Shown one piece after another: positions 47,399 through 56,562 of a DNA stretch of 64,000 nt; within the stretch, counting starts at the first letter, position 1, and every line of letters begins with the position of its first letter. The translations under genes and the position numbers were made by a program. The DNA comes from Dehalococcoidia bacterium (GTDB lineage Bacteria > Chloroflexota > Dehalococcoidia > Bin125), in the NCBI GenBank assembly GCA_963555985.3, contig OY820591.1, forward strand, positions 384,001 to 448,000, in the 5' to 3' direction. A model generated the notes under the pieces. The model was not told the DNA's origin, searched no databases, and saw only the letters and a program-made list of their open reading frames with translations.

Positions 47399-48292
47399 TT
47401 AGCTCTGTCCGCCGCCGGTCTGGCGGCTCGTGAGTTCAACGGGCAATCGCGCTGCCGGGACTGTCCGGGCAATGATGTTCTCGACTCGCTGACGTACGAA
47501 ATCGTCCCACTCGGGATGCGGTAGCACGTAGCAGCGTTCTTCGATGATCGCTTGCAGCACCTGCTCCGCGACGTTGGCCGGATCCATGCCGGATGCGAGG
47601 AAGGCGTCAAAGGCTGCCGCTTCGCCTGCGGACCGTTCGCCGACGCCGCCGTACTGATCGGGACGATTGCGGTCGGCGTTCATGATCTGGGTTTGCACTG
47701 CACCCGGACAGAGCACGGATGCGCCGATCTTCGAGCCGATCCGCTCGAGGTTCTGGTGCAGGCCTTCGGTCAGCGTGAGGACGCCATGCTTCGAGACGCT
47801 GTAAGCGCTGCCGCCCGGGGTGATGCCGGCGACCGAGGAGGTGTTGACGACGTGTCCCTCCTCGCCGTGAGCGACCATATGCGGGAGGAAGGTCTGCACG
47901 CCGTACAGCACGCCCCAGAAGTTCACTCCGATCACCCACTCCCAGATGCTGTCTTCCACATCCCAGATATTGATCGCATCATCGCCAATGCTCATCGCGT
48001 CCTGAAAGCTGAACACGCCGGCATTGTTGCAGAGGATGTGGATGTTGCCGAAGCGCTCGATGATCTCGTCGCGGGCGCGTTCCAGCGATTCGCGCTGCAT
48101 CGTGTTCACGGCGACGCCCATCACAGAGCGCTCTTCCTGTTCCAGCCGCTGGACCTGGGCCTGGAGCGCGTCTTCCTGGATGTCGGCGAGCACGACGTTC
48201 ATGCCCTCCGAGGCGAAACGCTCGACCATCGCCAGCCCGATCCCGCTGGCGCCGCCGGTGACGACTGCGGTCTTGCCTGCAAACTCGCGCAC
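47399..48292 (-). CDS. SDR oxidoreductase (array member 3)
   Basis: TGGASGIG, NNAG, YSVSK; GTG start. Confidence 0.93.
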   Translation of the reverse strand: MREFAGKTAVVTGGASGIGLAMVERFASEGMNVVLADIQEDALQAQVQRLEQEERSVMGVAVNTMQRESLERARDEIIERFGNIHILCNNAGVFSFQDAMSIGDDAINIWDVEDSIWEWVIGVNFWGVLYGVQTFLPHMVAHGEEGHVVNTSSVAGITPGGSAYSVSKHGVLTLTEGLHQNLERIGSKIGASVLCPGAVQTQIMNADRNRPDQYGGVGERSAGEAAAFDAFLASGMDPANVAEQVLQAIIEERCYVLPHPEWDDFVRQRVENIIARTVPAARLPVELTSRQTGGGQS

Positions 48293-48312
48293 GTTGGAAT
48301 CCTCTCCGGTGA

Positions 48313-49209
48313 TCAGACTTCTTGGCCCGCCGCCCGGCGGCGGAGCATCTCTTCCATGTCAACCGAGATTGGCGCTTCTCTGGCGAGCACGTGCTCAACC
48401 CGGCCGCGCACGACATCGTCCCAGGCGGGATGCGGCAAGATGTAGCAGCGCTGCTCGACGATCGAGTCGAAGACGATATCCGCGACCCGATCCGGATCCA
48501 TTCCGCCGCCGAGCATCATCGTGATCGCCTGTTCCTGTTCCGCGGTCCGCTCTGTCGTCCCGCCGAACTCCTCGGGCCGGTTGCGATCGGCGTGACCGAT
48601 ATTGGTGTTGACGAAGCCGGGACAGAGCACGGATGCGCTCAGGTTGGCGTTCATCGCCTGGAACTGCTGGTAGAGACCTTCGGTCAGCGTCAGTACCGCG
48701 TGCTTGGACACGCTGTAGGCGCCGCCGCCCGGCATCAGCCCGGCCAGAGAGGCCGTGTTGACGATGTGCCCGTCCTCGCCGTGTTCGAGCATGTGCGGCA
48801 CGAAGACCTGGATGCCGTACAGGACGCCCCAGAAGTTGACGCCCATGACCCACTCCCAGGTCTCGTCCGGCACCTGCCACGAGCCCTGAACGGTGCCGTC
48901 GGGGAAGACGCCCGCATCCTCTCCGCCGGCGACGCCGGCGTTGTTGGCCAGGATGTGGATGTTGCCGTACTGCTCGATCGTCTGGTCGCGGAGATTCTCA
49001 AGCGCTTCGCGCCGCATCGTGTTGACGATCACGCCGAGCACGTTGCGCTCTTCCTGCTCGAGTCGGGTCACCTGCGCGTTGAGCGCGTCCTCCTCGATGT
49101 CGGCGAGAACGACGTTCATGCCCTCCGCCGCAAAGCGTCGGGCGAATGCCAATCCCATGCCGCTGGCCGCACCGGTGACGACTGCGGTCTTGCCTTCGAA
49201 TTCGCGCAT
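48313..49209 (-). CDS. SDR oxidoreductase (array member 2)
   Basis: TGAASGMG, NNAG, YSVSK. Confidence 0.93.
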   Translation of the reverse strand: MREFEGKTAVVTGAASGMGLAFARRFAAEGMNVVLADIEEDALNAQVTRLEQEERNVLGVIVNTMRREALENLRDQTIEQYGNIHILANNAGVAGGEDAGVFPDGTVQGSWQVPDETWEWVMGVNFWGVLYGIQVFVPHMLEHGEDGHIVNTASLAGLMPGGGAYSVSKHAVLTLTEGLYQQFQAMNANLSASVLCPGFVNTNIGHADRNRPEEFGGTTERTAEQEQAITMMLGGGMDPDRVADIVFDSIVEQRCYILPHPAWDDVVRGRVEHVLAREAPISVDMEEMLRRRAAGQEV

Positions 49210-49229
49210 GTTTTGATCCCTTCCGACTG

Positions 49230-50126
49230 TCAGACCTGCTCGCCGGCTGCGCGGCGGCGCATCAGTTCCTCGAAGTCCAGCGTGATCGGCGCGCCGCGCG
49301 CTAGCACGTTCTCAACGCGGCCGCGAACGATGTCGTCCCAGCCCGGGTGCGGCAGGATGTAGCAGCGCTGCTCGACGATCGAGTCGAAGACGATGTCCGC
49401 CACCTGGCTGGGGTCCATGCCGCCGCCGAGCATGGCGATGATGCCCTGTTCGGCCTCCGGCGTGATCTCAATCTGGTCGCCGAACTCTTCGGGCCGATTA
49501 CGTTCGGCGTGGCCGATATTGGTGTTCACGAGTCCGGGGCAGAGCGCGGAAGCGCTGAGGTTGGCGCCCATCGCCTCGAAACTCTGGTACAGCCCCTCGG
49601 TCAGCGCGAGCACGCCGTGCTTGGAGACGCTGTAGGCGCCACCGCCCGGGATCAGACCAGCCAGTGAGGCGGTGTTGACGATGTGGCCCTCTTCGCCGTG
49701 TTCGAGCATGTGCGGGATGAACACCTGGCAGCCGTAGAGCACGCCCCAGAAGTTCACGCCCATCACCCATTCCCAGGTGCGGTCGGGCACGTCCCAGGGG
49801 CCGCGGATCTCCCCTTCTGCGTCAAATCCGCTGTCGTCCAGCCCGGCCACACCGGCGTTGTTGCAGAGGATGTGGATGTTGCCGAACTCTGCAATTGTCT
49901 GGTCGCGCAGGTTCTCCAACGTCTCGCGGCGCATGGTGTTGACGACCACGCCGAGCACATTGCACTCTTCCTGTTCGAGTTGGGTCACCTGTGCGTTGAG
50001 GGCGTCTTCTTCGATATCCGCGAGGACGACGTTCATGCCTTCGGCGGCGAAGCGCCGGGCGAAGGCGAGTCCCATCCCGCTCGCGGCGCCGGTGACGACT
50101 GCCGTCTTGCCTGCGAATTCGCGCAT
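49230..50126 (-). CDS. SDR oxidoreductase (array member 1)
   Basis: TGAASGMG, NNAG, YSVSK. Confidence 0.93.
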   Translation of the reverse strand: MREFAGKTAVVTGAASGMGLAFARRFAAEGMNVVLADIEEDALNAQVTQLEQEECNVLGVVVNTMRRETLENLRDQTIAEFGNIHILCNNAGVAGLDDSGFDAEGEIRGPWDVPDRTWEWVMGVNFWGVLYGCQVFIPHMLEHGEEGHIVNTASLAGLIPGGGAYSVSKHGVLALTEGLYQSFEAMGANLSASALCPGLVNTNIGHAERNRPEEFGDQIEITPEAEQGIIAMLGGGMDPSQVADIVFDSIVEQRCYILPHPGWDDIVRGRVENVLARGAPITLDFEELMRRRAAGEQV

Positions 50127-50186
50127 GATCGTCCGCCTTTCTCAGTCTGTGCGATTCATCTCCGGGTTCGCGCAGCAGTCTAGGGG

Positions 50187-50645
50187 CTACTGTTGTTCGT
50201 CGGACTCGCTCTCTCGCCAGCGGATCCTCGCTCCGTACACGAATGTCGCGGCCAGGCCAACGACGGTGCTGACGACGATCCCAGCTCCCTCTGCTGGATG
50301 TCCCAGGAAGGCCATATACGCGCCAACGGCGACGACCGCCAGTGCCACAAATGCACCCAGATAGAGGCCGCGATTCGTTCTTCGGTAATCAGATCGGACT
50401 TCGAGCGTCTCCAGCTCCAGAGATCCGCGTTCCATGTCGTGGCGATGACTGGTCTCTCGCTCGACCCTCGCCAGAATTCGCTCTGCTGAGTCTGGGAGCG
50501 CTGACTCGTACTCCCTCAGTGCCCTCGGCGACGGTAACGGGCCGCGATACGTTTCAATCTGCGTCGCCGAACGGAGCCGGAGTTCGCTCCTGTTGTCGTC
50601 ATCGGATTCGCTCTCAACGATCGCGCTTTCCTCGTGCTCGTCCAC
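50187..50645 (-). CDS. DUF2335-type membrane protein
   Basis: YRGPLPSP..L..YE..LP..AERI....E.E..HRH plus two C-terminal TMs. Confidence 0.82.
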   Translation of the reverse strand: MDEHEESAIVESESDDDNRSELRLRSATQIETYRGPLPSPRALREYESALPDSAERILARVERETSHRHDMERGSLELETLEVRSDYRRTNRGLYLGAFVALAVVAVGAYMAFLGHPAEGAGIVVSTVVGLAATFVYGARIRWRESESDEQQ

Positions 50646-50657
50646 AATTGCCCACCT

Positions 50658-50966
50658 CTATTCGAAGGCCTCGTCCTCGTCGAGCGGAGGGAGTATCCGC
50701 GCCACATCTCCAGCAAGTGCGTCCCAATCGGCAGCAAGCGCGTCAGCATCCGACCGGGTCAGCATCTCCCGATTGACTCGAACTCGAGGAGTCAGCGCAC
50801 CGCCGAAGTCCCACAAACTCGCAAGACCCAAGAGGAACGATGGGCGTGGAACACTGACGGTCACGTAATCCTGGATCCATGCCCTGCTGTCACGCCGAGT
50901 TGGAATCCCAGCCGGCGCCCGCTTGAGCGCCGGCGTGAACTTGTTCGCCGTTTCCCCGATCGACAT
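50658..50966 (-). CDS. Hypothetical protein upstream of DUF2335
   Basis: PSFLLGLASLWDFGG...DADALAADW; start uncertain. Confidence 0.6.
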   Translation of the reverse strand: MSIGETANKFTPALKRAPAGIPTRRDSRAWIQDYVTVSVPRPSFLLGLASLWDFGGALTPRVRVNREMLTRSDADALAADWDALAGDVARILPPLDEDEAFE

Positions 50967-51049
50967 GTCAGCGTTCCGTTCCCTGCTCGTGAGCGGCCAG
51001 TCTAGTCATTTCTCACGGTACGCCCAATCGTCCATGCCGACCGCGAGCA

Positions 51050-51838
51050 CTACAGCGGGCGTTCGCCGAAGAACTCGAAGAGGGGCGGGTACTTGTTGAT
51101 GTCTGCGCCGCCGTTGAGTTGGACGGTTTGGCCTGTCATCAGGGATGAGGCGTCGGAGGCGAGCCAGAGGGCGAGCTGGGCTACATCTTCGGGCTCGCCG
51201 ACGCGGCCGAGCGGGGCTTCGGCGGCGAAGGCGTCTTCCAGGCCCGGCACGTCGCGGATGCCCTGGGTGAGCGGCGTGCGGATGAGGCCGGGCCCGATGC
51301 TGTTGACGCGGATGTTGTGCCGTCCCAGCTCGAGTGCGGAGACTTTGGTCAGCATGGCCACTCCCGCTTTCGCGGAGCAGTAGGCGGACAGACCCTCCGT
51401 CGCTTGGATGCTGTTCAACGAGGCCGTGTTGATGATCGAGCCGCCCGAGCCTTGCTCGATTAGATGCTTGGCCTCGTGCTTGATGCAGAGGAAGACGCCG
51501 GTGAGGCAGACGTCGATCACGCGCTGGAACTGCGAGAGCGGATAATCCTGGATTGGCGACCAGCCGCCGATGCCGGCGTTGTTGAAGGCGATGTCGAGGC
51601 GGCCAAAGCGTTCGACGCAGGTTGCAACCATGTTGGCAACGTCGTTCTCGTTGGTGACGTCGGCGCTGATTGCGATGGCCTGGGAGCCGAGCTCGCGGGC
51701 GGTCTCGGCTGCGCCGTCGGCGTTGCGGTCGGCGATGGCGACCTGCGCGCCCTCCTCGGCGAAGCGTTTCGCGGCTGCGAGTCCGATGCCGGATGCGGCG
51801 CCGGTGATCAGGGCGGCTTTGCCGTCGAGTTGTCCCAT
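51050..51838 (-). CDS. SDR oxidoreductase
   Basis: TGAASGIG, NNAG, YCSAK, PLGRVG. Confidence 0.93.
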   Translation of the reverse strand: MGQLDGKAALITGAASGIGLAAAKRFAEEGAQVAIADRNADGAAETARELGSQAIAISADVTNENDVANMVATCVERFGRLDIAFNNAGIGGWSPIQDYPLSQFQRVIDVCLTGVFLCIKHEAKHLIEQGSGGSIINTASLNSIQATEGLSAYCSAKAGVAMLTKVSALELGRHNIRVNSIGPGLIRTPLTQGIRDVPGLEDAFAAEAPLGRVGEPEDVAQLALWLASDASSLMTGQTVQLNGGADINKYPPLFEFFGERPL

Positions 51839-51859
51839 CGTTTGCTCCAATCCGTTTGG

Positions 51860-52663
51860 CTACTCGCTTCGCGGCCGCCTCAACTCGGATTCCAGCACGT
51901 TGAATCCGGGCGGCAGCTCGCTGACTGTGATTCCGCCGTCGACGTAGAAGAGTTGGCCCGATACCCAGGGGCTGGCGTCGCTGGCCAGGTAGAGCGCCAT
52001 TTGGGCGATGTCGTCGGGTTCGCCGAGGCGGCCCAATGGTGTTGCGCCGATCATTGCTTCGTCGAAGCCGGCTACGTTGCGGGCACGGGCGGTGAGCGGG
52101 GTCTTGGTGTGACCCGGGCCGATTGCGTTGACGCGGATGCCGTATTCGCCCAGCTCGAGCGCGGAGACTTTGGTCAGCATGGCTACGCCCGCTTTGGCGG
52201 AGCAATAGGCGCTGAGGCCTTTGGTCGCCTGAGTTGCGTTGATGCTGGCGGTATTGATTAAGGAGCCGCCCTCGCCTTGCGCGAGCAGTTGTTTCGACTC
52301 GTGCTTGAGGGAGAGGAAGACGCCGGTCAGGCAGACGTCGACAGTGCGCTGGAACTGCTCCAGTGGATGATCGTGGATCGGCGCTGCGCCGGCGATGCCG
52401 GCGTTGTTGAAGCCGATGTCGAGGCGGCCGAAGCGATCTACGCAGGCCGCGACCATGGCGGCTACGTCGTCTTCGCTGGTGACGTCTCCGGTGATGGCCA
52501 GGGCGCTCGCTCCAAGTTCTCGTGCGGTCTCGTTCACGAGGTCGGCGTTGCGGTCGACCATTGTTACTTGAGCGCCTTGTTCGACGAACAGTTGCGCGGT
52601 GGCCAACCCGATTCCTGAGGCTGCGCCGGTGATCAGCGCGACTTTGCCGTCGAGTGCTGCCAT
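51860..52663 (-). CDS. SDR oxidoreductase (paralog)
   Basis: TGAASGIG, NNAG, YCSAK. Confidence 0.93.
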   Translation of the reverse strand: MAALDGKVALITGAASGIGLATAQLFVEQGAQVTMVDRNADLVNETARELGASALAITGDVTSEDDVAAMVAACVDRFGRLDIGFNNAGIAGAAPIHDHPLEQFQRTVDVCLTGVFLSLKHESKQLLAQGEGGSLINTASINATQATKGLSAYCSAKAGVAMLTKVSALELGEYGIRVNAIGPGHTKTPLTARARNVAGFDEAMIGATPLGRLGEPDDIAQMALYLASDASPWVSGQLFYVDGGITVSELPPGFNVLESELRRPRSE

Positions 52664-52791
52664 GCTGTCCGCTCCTTGCGCCGAATCTGTTCGCTGCTGT
52701 GGGTGAGCAGGATACGTGTCGTTACGGACGCGGATTCATCGATCTAGATTGTCTCTAGTCGAGAGCGCAGAGGCGAATCGGAGGGATAGCC

Positions 52792-53547
52792 ATGGATGTA
52801 CCTCAGAGACTCCGCGAATGTTGGGACGACACCGGCTGGCGGGCGGCGACCATCGCTGCTGTGTTGATCTTCTTGCTTGAGACGTTCATGGAGATCGGCA
52901 ACGGTTCGGTCGGCGACTCGGTTGGCTGGACGGCGATGCTGGTCTCGCTTGTCGTGATCGGCCGCGTGCTCACGCTGCGGCCGCTGCGGGGCGATCTGTC
53001 CTCGATCGAGAACCGCAGTCTCGTCCTTGGCATCGTTCTGATCCTGCTTGGCGAGATCGTCGTGAGCTGGACGTCGATCGGCGGAACCTTCGCGGCCGAG
53101 CCGATCTTCTGGCCGTTTTCACTGGTTTTCATGGCTCTGGTCTTCGCGGCTCGCGGCGTCGCGCCGTATCTCGAGAGCGCGCTCGACCATTGGCTGCTGC
53201 TGTTCGGCTTCGTGGTCTTCTGGCTCCAGGTGGGGATGTGGGCGGGCAATGTGGTACCGCCCGCGCCTCCGCTGACCTGGGGGGTGATGCTGATCGGGGC
53301 GGCGGTGATCGTTCGCGGGATCATTGGCCGCGGCTTCAGTGGGCCACTCTTGAGTCCACTCAACGTCGCCGTCGCGATCTACGCCTTTCTCTTGCTCTGG
53401 CTCGAGTACGGCGCGGAGATCTCCGGAGCGGGCGGCGTCTGGGTGCGGCAGGAGCTCTACTGGCCGTGGATGTTGTGGGCGCTTGGACTTGCGGCGGGGG
53501 CGAGAGTGGTTGCACCGATGGTCGCGCGGCGATTCGGGTCAGACTGA
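52792..53547 (+). CDS. Hypothetical polytopic membrane protein
   Basis: About 8 hydrophobic segments; GGAGG RBS. Confidence 0.75.
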   Translation: MDVPQRLRECWDDTGWRAATIAAVLIFLLETFMEIGNGSVGDSVGWTAMLVSLVVIGRVLTLRPLRGDLSSIENRSLVLGIVLILLGEIVVSWTSIGGTFAAEPIFWPFSLVFMALVFAARGVAPYLESALDHWLLLFGFVVFWLQVGMWAGNVVPPAPPLTWGVMLIGAAVIVRGIIGRGFSGPLLSPLNVAVAIYAFLLLWLEYGAEISGAGGVWVRQELYWPWMLWALGLAAGARVVAPMVARRFGSD

Positions 53548-53608
53548 GCGCGCCTCGTCCCGTCCCGCTACGATCGTCCGCACAGCGAGAGTACGACCGG
53601 AGGAGATC

Positions 53609-54823
53609 ATGCCCAGCGCTAATCCGACCGTCCATGAGAACCCGATGCTGAACGCGATCCAGGGGATCGACGTGATCGACTGCGACTCGCACGTGACCGA
53701 GCCGCCCGATCTGTGGACCTCGCGCGCCCCGGCAGGGCTGCGCGAGCGGATGCCGCAGCTGCGCAAGGTCGACGGCGAGGACTTCTGGTTTGTCGACGGC
53801 GATGTGCCGTTGGGACCGGTGGGTCTCTCGGTCGTGGAGAGCAGCGGCGACAAGGTGCTCGGCGTGCTCGGTGTGCATGACTTCGACCGTCTTGATGCGG
53901 CGGCCTACGAAGTTCCGGCGCGGCTGGAGCTGATGGAGCGGCTGGGGTTGTACGCGCAGATCGTCTATCCCAACATCTCCGGTTTCGCCTCGGCGCGATT
54001 CCTCGACATTCCCGATCCCGAGCTGCGCAACGCCTGCGTTTACGGCTACAACGACGCGATGGGCGAGTGGCAGTCGGAGTCGGGCGGGCGGCTCTATCCG
54101 CAGGCGCTGCTGCCATTCTGGGACCTCGACGCGACGCTTGCTGAGATGCGGCGCACGGTCGAGGAGTACGGCACGCGCGGCTTCACGATCTGCGACACGC
54201 CCGAGAAGTTCGACCTGCCCGACTACGGTACCTCGCACTGGGATCCGTTCTTCGAGCTGGCGCAGGACCTCGATGTGGTGCTCAACTTCCACATCGGCTC
54301 CGGCGGGGCCAAGGGCGCTCCGTCGCCGTTCGTCTCGTCACCCTGGGAGTCGATGGGGCCCGAGCGGAAGCTGGCGATTGGCGCGGCGAATATCTACATC
54401 GACAACGCGCGGATGATCTCGAATCTGCTCTACAGCGACGTGCTGGAGCGGTTCCCGCGGCTCAAGTTCGTCTCGGTCGAGAGCGGGATCGGCTGGATTC
54501 CGTTCCTGCTCGAGGCCTGCGAGTACCAGTGGGACGAGATGGTGCCGACCGAGGTGAAGCATCACGAGCTGCGTCCGACTGAGAAGTTCCGGCGCAACAT
54601 CTGGGCCTGCTTCTGGTTCGAGGATTTCGGTCCGCGCAAGGTGATCGAGCAGATCGGGGTGAAGAACGTGTTGTTTGAGACGGACTTCCCGCATCCGACG
54701 TGTCTCTATCCCCGGAGCCAGGAGCACATTGCGAATGTGTTGGGCGATCTGGATCCGGAGGTGCGGACGGCGGTGTTGCAGCAGAATGCGTCGGAGTTGT
54801 ACCGGATACCGGTCGGAAGCTGA
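53609..54823 (+). CDS. Amidohydrolase_2 family protein
   Basis: DCDSHVTEP, NFHIG, VESGIGWIP, ETDFPH. Confidence 0.9.
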   Translation: MPSANPTVHENPMLNAIQGIDVIDCDSHVTEPPDLWTSRAPAGLRERMPQLRKVDGEDFWFVDGDVPLGPVGLSVVESSGDKVLGVLGVHDFDRLDAAAYEVPARLELMERLGLYAQIVYPNISGFASARFLDIPDPELRNACVYGYNDAMGEWQSESGGRLYPQALLPFWDLDATLAEMRRTVEEYGTRGFTICDTPEKFDLPDYGTSHWDPFFELAQDLDVVLNFHIGSGGAKGAPSPFVSSPWESMGPERKLAIGAANIYIDNARMISNLLYSDVLERFPRLKFVSVESGIGWIPFLLEACEYQWDEMVPTEVKHHELRPTEKFRRNIWACFWFEDFGPRKVIEQIGVKNVLFETDFPHPTCLYPRSQEHIANVLGDLDPEVRTAVLQQNASELYRIPVGS

Positions 54824-54840
54824 CCCGCTAAGCTGAGGCC

Positions 54841-55107
54841 ATGACGACAAGTCTCTCGCTCGACGATGACGTCGCCGTCGCTCTCGCCGATGAGGCGGAG
54901 CGGCGCGGTGTCTCGGCGGATCAACTCGCCAACGAAGAGCTCCGCGCCAAGTTCTGCCAAGAACAATCAGGGTCTCGAAAGCCATTCGTGGTCAAGACGT
55001 TCAGCACCGGCTTTCAGCCAGGGATCGATCCTGAGCGACTCAAGGAGTATCTATACGAAGAGGACGACGAGCGTCTTCGTCGGCTCAGCCAGCAGTCCGA
55101 AGAGTGA
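54841..55107 (+). CDS. vapB: VapB-type antitoxin
   Basis: MTTSLSLDDDV ribbon-helix-like start; GTGA overlap with PIN gene. Confidence 0.78.
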   Translation: MTTSLSLDDDVAVALADEAERRGVSADQLANEELRAKFCQEQSGSRKPFVVKTFSTGFQPGIDPERLKEYLYEEDDERLRRLSQQSEE

Positions 55108-55541
55108 TCGTTCCTGACACGAACCTGCTCGTCTACGCGCATAGCGAACAGGCCCCGCAACACACTCGTTGTCGCGCATGGTGGCAAGCCTTGATGGAGG
55201 GTCCGGGGCTCATTGGCCTACCTTGGGAAGTCATCATCAGCTTTGTGCGCCTCATGACCAAGCCTCAGGTAGTCACGAATCCGCAGCCGCCTCGGGAGGT
55301 TGTCGCCATTGTCGAGAGCTGGATCAGGATGGACCATACCGTTGTCTTGGAACCAGGACCGCGCCATTTGGCCCTGGTCTCTGACCTGCTTACGGCAGCC
55401 GGGGCAGGCGACAAGCTCGTCCCTGACGCCCACATCGCTGCACTCGCGATCGCGCACGATGCCGAAGTCCATACCAACGACCGAGACTTCGCTCGATTTC
55501 CTGGACTGCGTTGGAGCAATCCGTTGACTGGAACCGCCTAG
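55104..55541 (+). CDS. vapC: VapC PIN-domain toxin
   Basis: PDTNLLVYA, DAHIAALA, TNDRDFARFPGL. Confidence 0.92.
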   Translation: MIVPDTNLLVYAHSEQAPQHTRCRAWWQALMEGPGLIGLPWEVIISFVRLMTKPQVVTNPQPPREVVAIVESWIRMDHTVVLEPGPRHLALVSDLLTAAGAGDKLVPDAHIAALAIAHDAEVHTNDRDFARFPGLRWSNPLTGTA

Positions 55542-56524
55542 TTCCCCCGAGCGCCCGACGCGACCGCTGCGCGATTCTCATGGGTGGTTTGGGGGGGGAT
55601 TGAGCAGCCTCCGGTGACGAAGATGCGCGTGTTGCCGACGCTTGCGGCTTCGGCTGCCTGCGCTCGAATCTCGTCGGCTCCCAACTCTCCGAGGCCGGTG
55701 CGGCTGACGCCGCCCATCACCGCCTTGTCGGTTTGCTTCCAGACCTCCGACAAGCTGGAGTTCGTCGGATCGCGGTCGTCCCAGTTGAAGGCTTGGACGG
55801 GGTAGTCGAGGACGTCGGCGAGCATGTTTTGGTGGTGGCAGACGTGGAGGATGTTGAATTCGGCGTCGCGGATGGCGTCGAGCACCTGGAGGTCGTAGGG
55901 GCGGCCGAACTCGCGGTAGAAGTCGGGGGTGGAGTTGGCGTGGGAAGCCCACTGGAGGGGGGCGTAGAAGACGCCCGATGCGCCGGCGTTGAGGTTGGCG
56001 CGGCTGTAGTTGATGATCGTCTGGGTGATTCGTCCGATTGCGCCGTGCAGGGCGGCCGGGGCTTCGCGGGCGGCCTGCTTGAGCGCGCGCGGATGACCGA
56101 ACATCAGCCCGACCACCGACATTGGCGAGAAGACGGTCTGGACGACGTCGACTGCGCCGTTGGTGCGTTCGATTACGCGGCGGGTTGACTCGACGTGCTC
56201 GCCGAAGACGCCGCGCTCGGCGTGAACGGGCACGACTTCGTGGAGTTGTTCGAGCTCTTCGAGCGCCGGTCGGATCAGGGTTTGGTTGGTTTGTTCCTGC
56301 GGCGGGGTATAGATCGCGCCCCAGGCTTCGGGGAACATCGACCAGCGGGGATTGATCTTGATGAAGTCCCAGTCGTAGGCCTCGTACTGCTCGCAGGTGG
56401 CGCCGACCAGATCGTCCAGGCTCCACTCGCGGAGGAAGTCGTGTCCCCAGAGCGAGGCAGGGGCCTGATCGACGGGTTCTCCGGCGATTGCGGCTCGTAC
56501 TCGTTCGCGCTTCGTCATGGTCAT
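55538..56524 (-). CDS. Uroporphyrinogen decarboxylase-family protein
   Basis: RERVRAAI.GEPVD, TVFSP, ILHVC, GGCSIP; lacks the HemE MRQAGR motif. Confidence 0.8.
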   Translation of the reverse strand: MTMTKRERVRAAIAGEPVDQAPASLWGHDFLREWSLDDLVGATCEQYEAYDWDFIKINPRWSMFPEAWGAIYTPPQEQTNQTLIRPALEELEQLHEVVPVHAERGVFGEHVESTRRVIERTNGAVDVVQTVFSPMSVVGLMFGHPRALKQAAREAPAALHGAIGRITQTIINYSRANLNAGASGVFYAPLQWASHANSTPDFYREFGRPYDLQVLDAIRDAEFNILHVCHHQNMLADVLDYPVQAFNWDDRDPTNSSLSEVWKQTDKAVMGGVSRTGLGELGADEIRAQAAEAASVGNTRIFVTGGCSIPPQTTHENRAAVASGARGN

Positions 56525-56562
56525 GTCGTGTTCCTTTCTAGCGCAGGCGCAGCGGGTGCGGT

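Noticed and set aside
55538-56524. hemE assignment
   Set aside because: Lacks the MRQAGR signature; family-level call only
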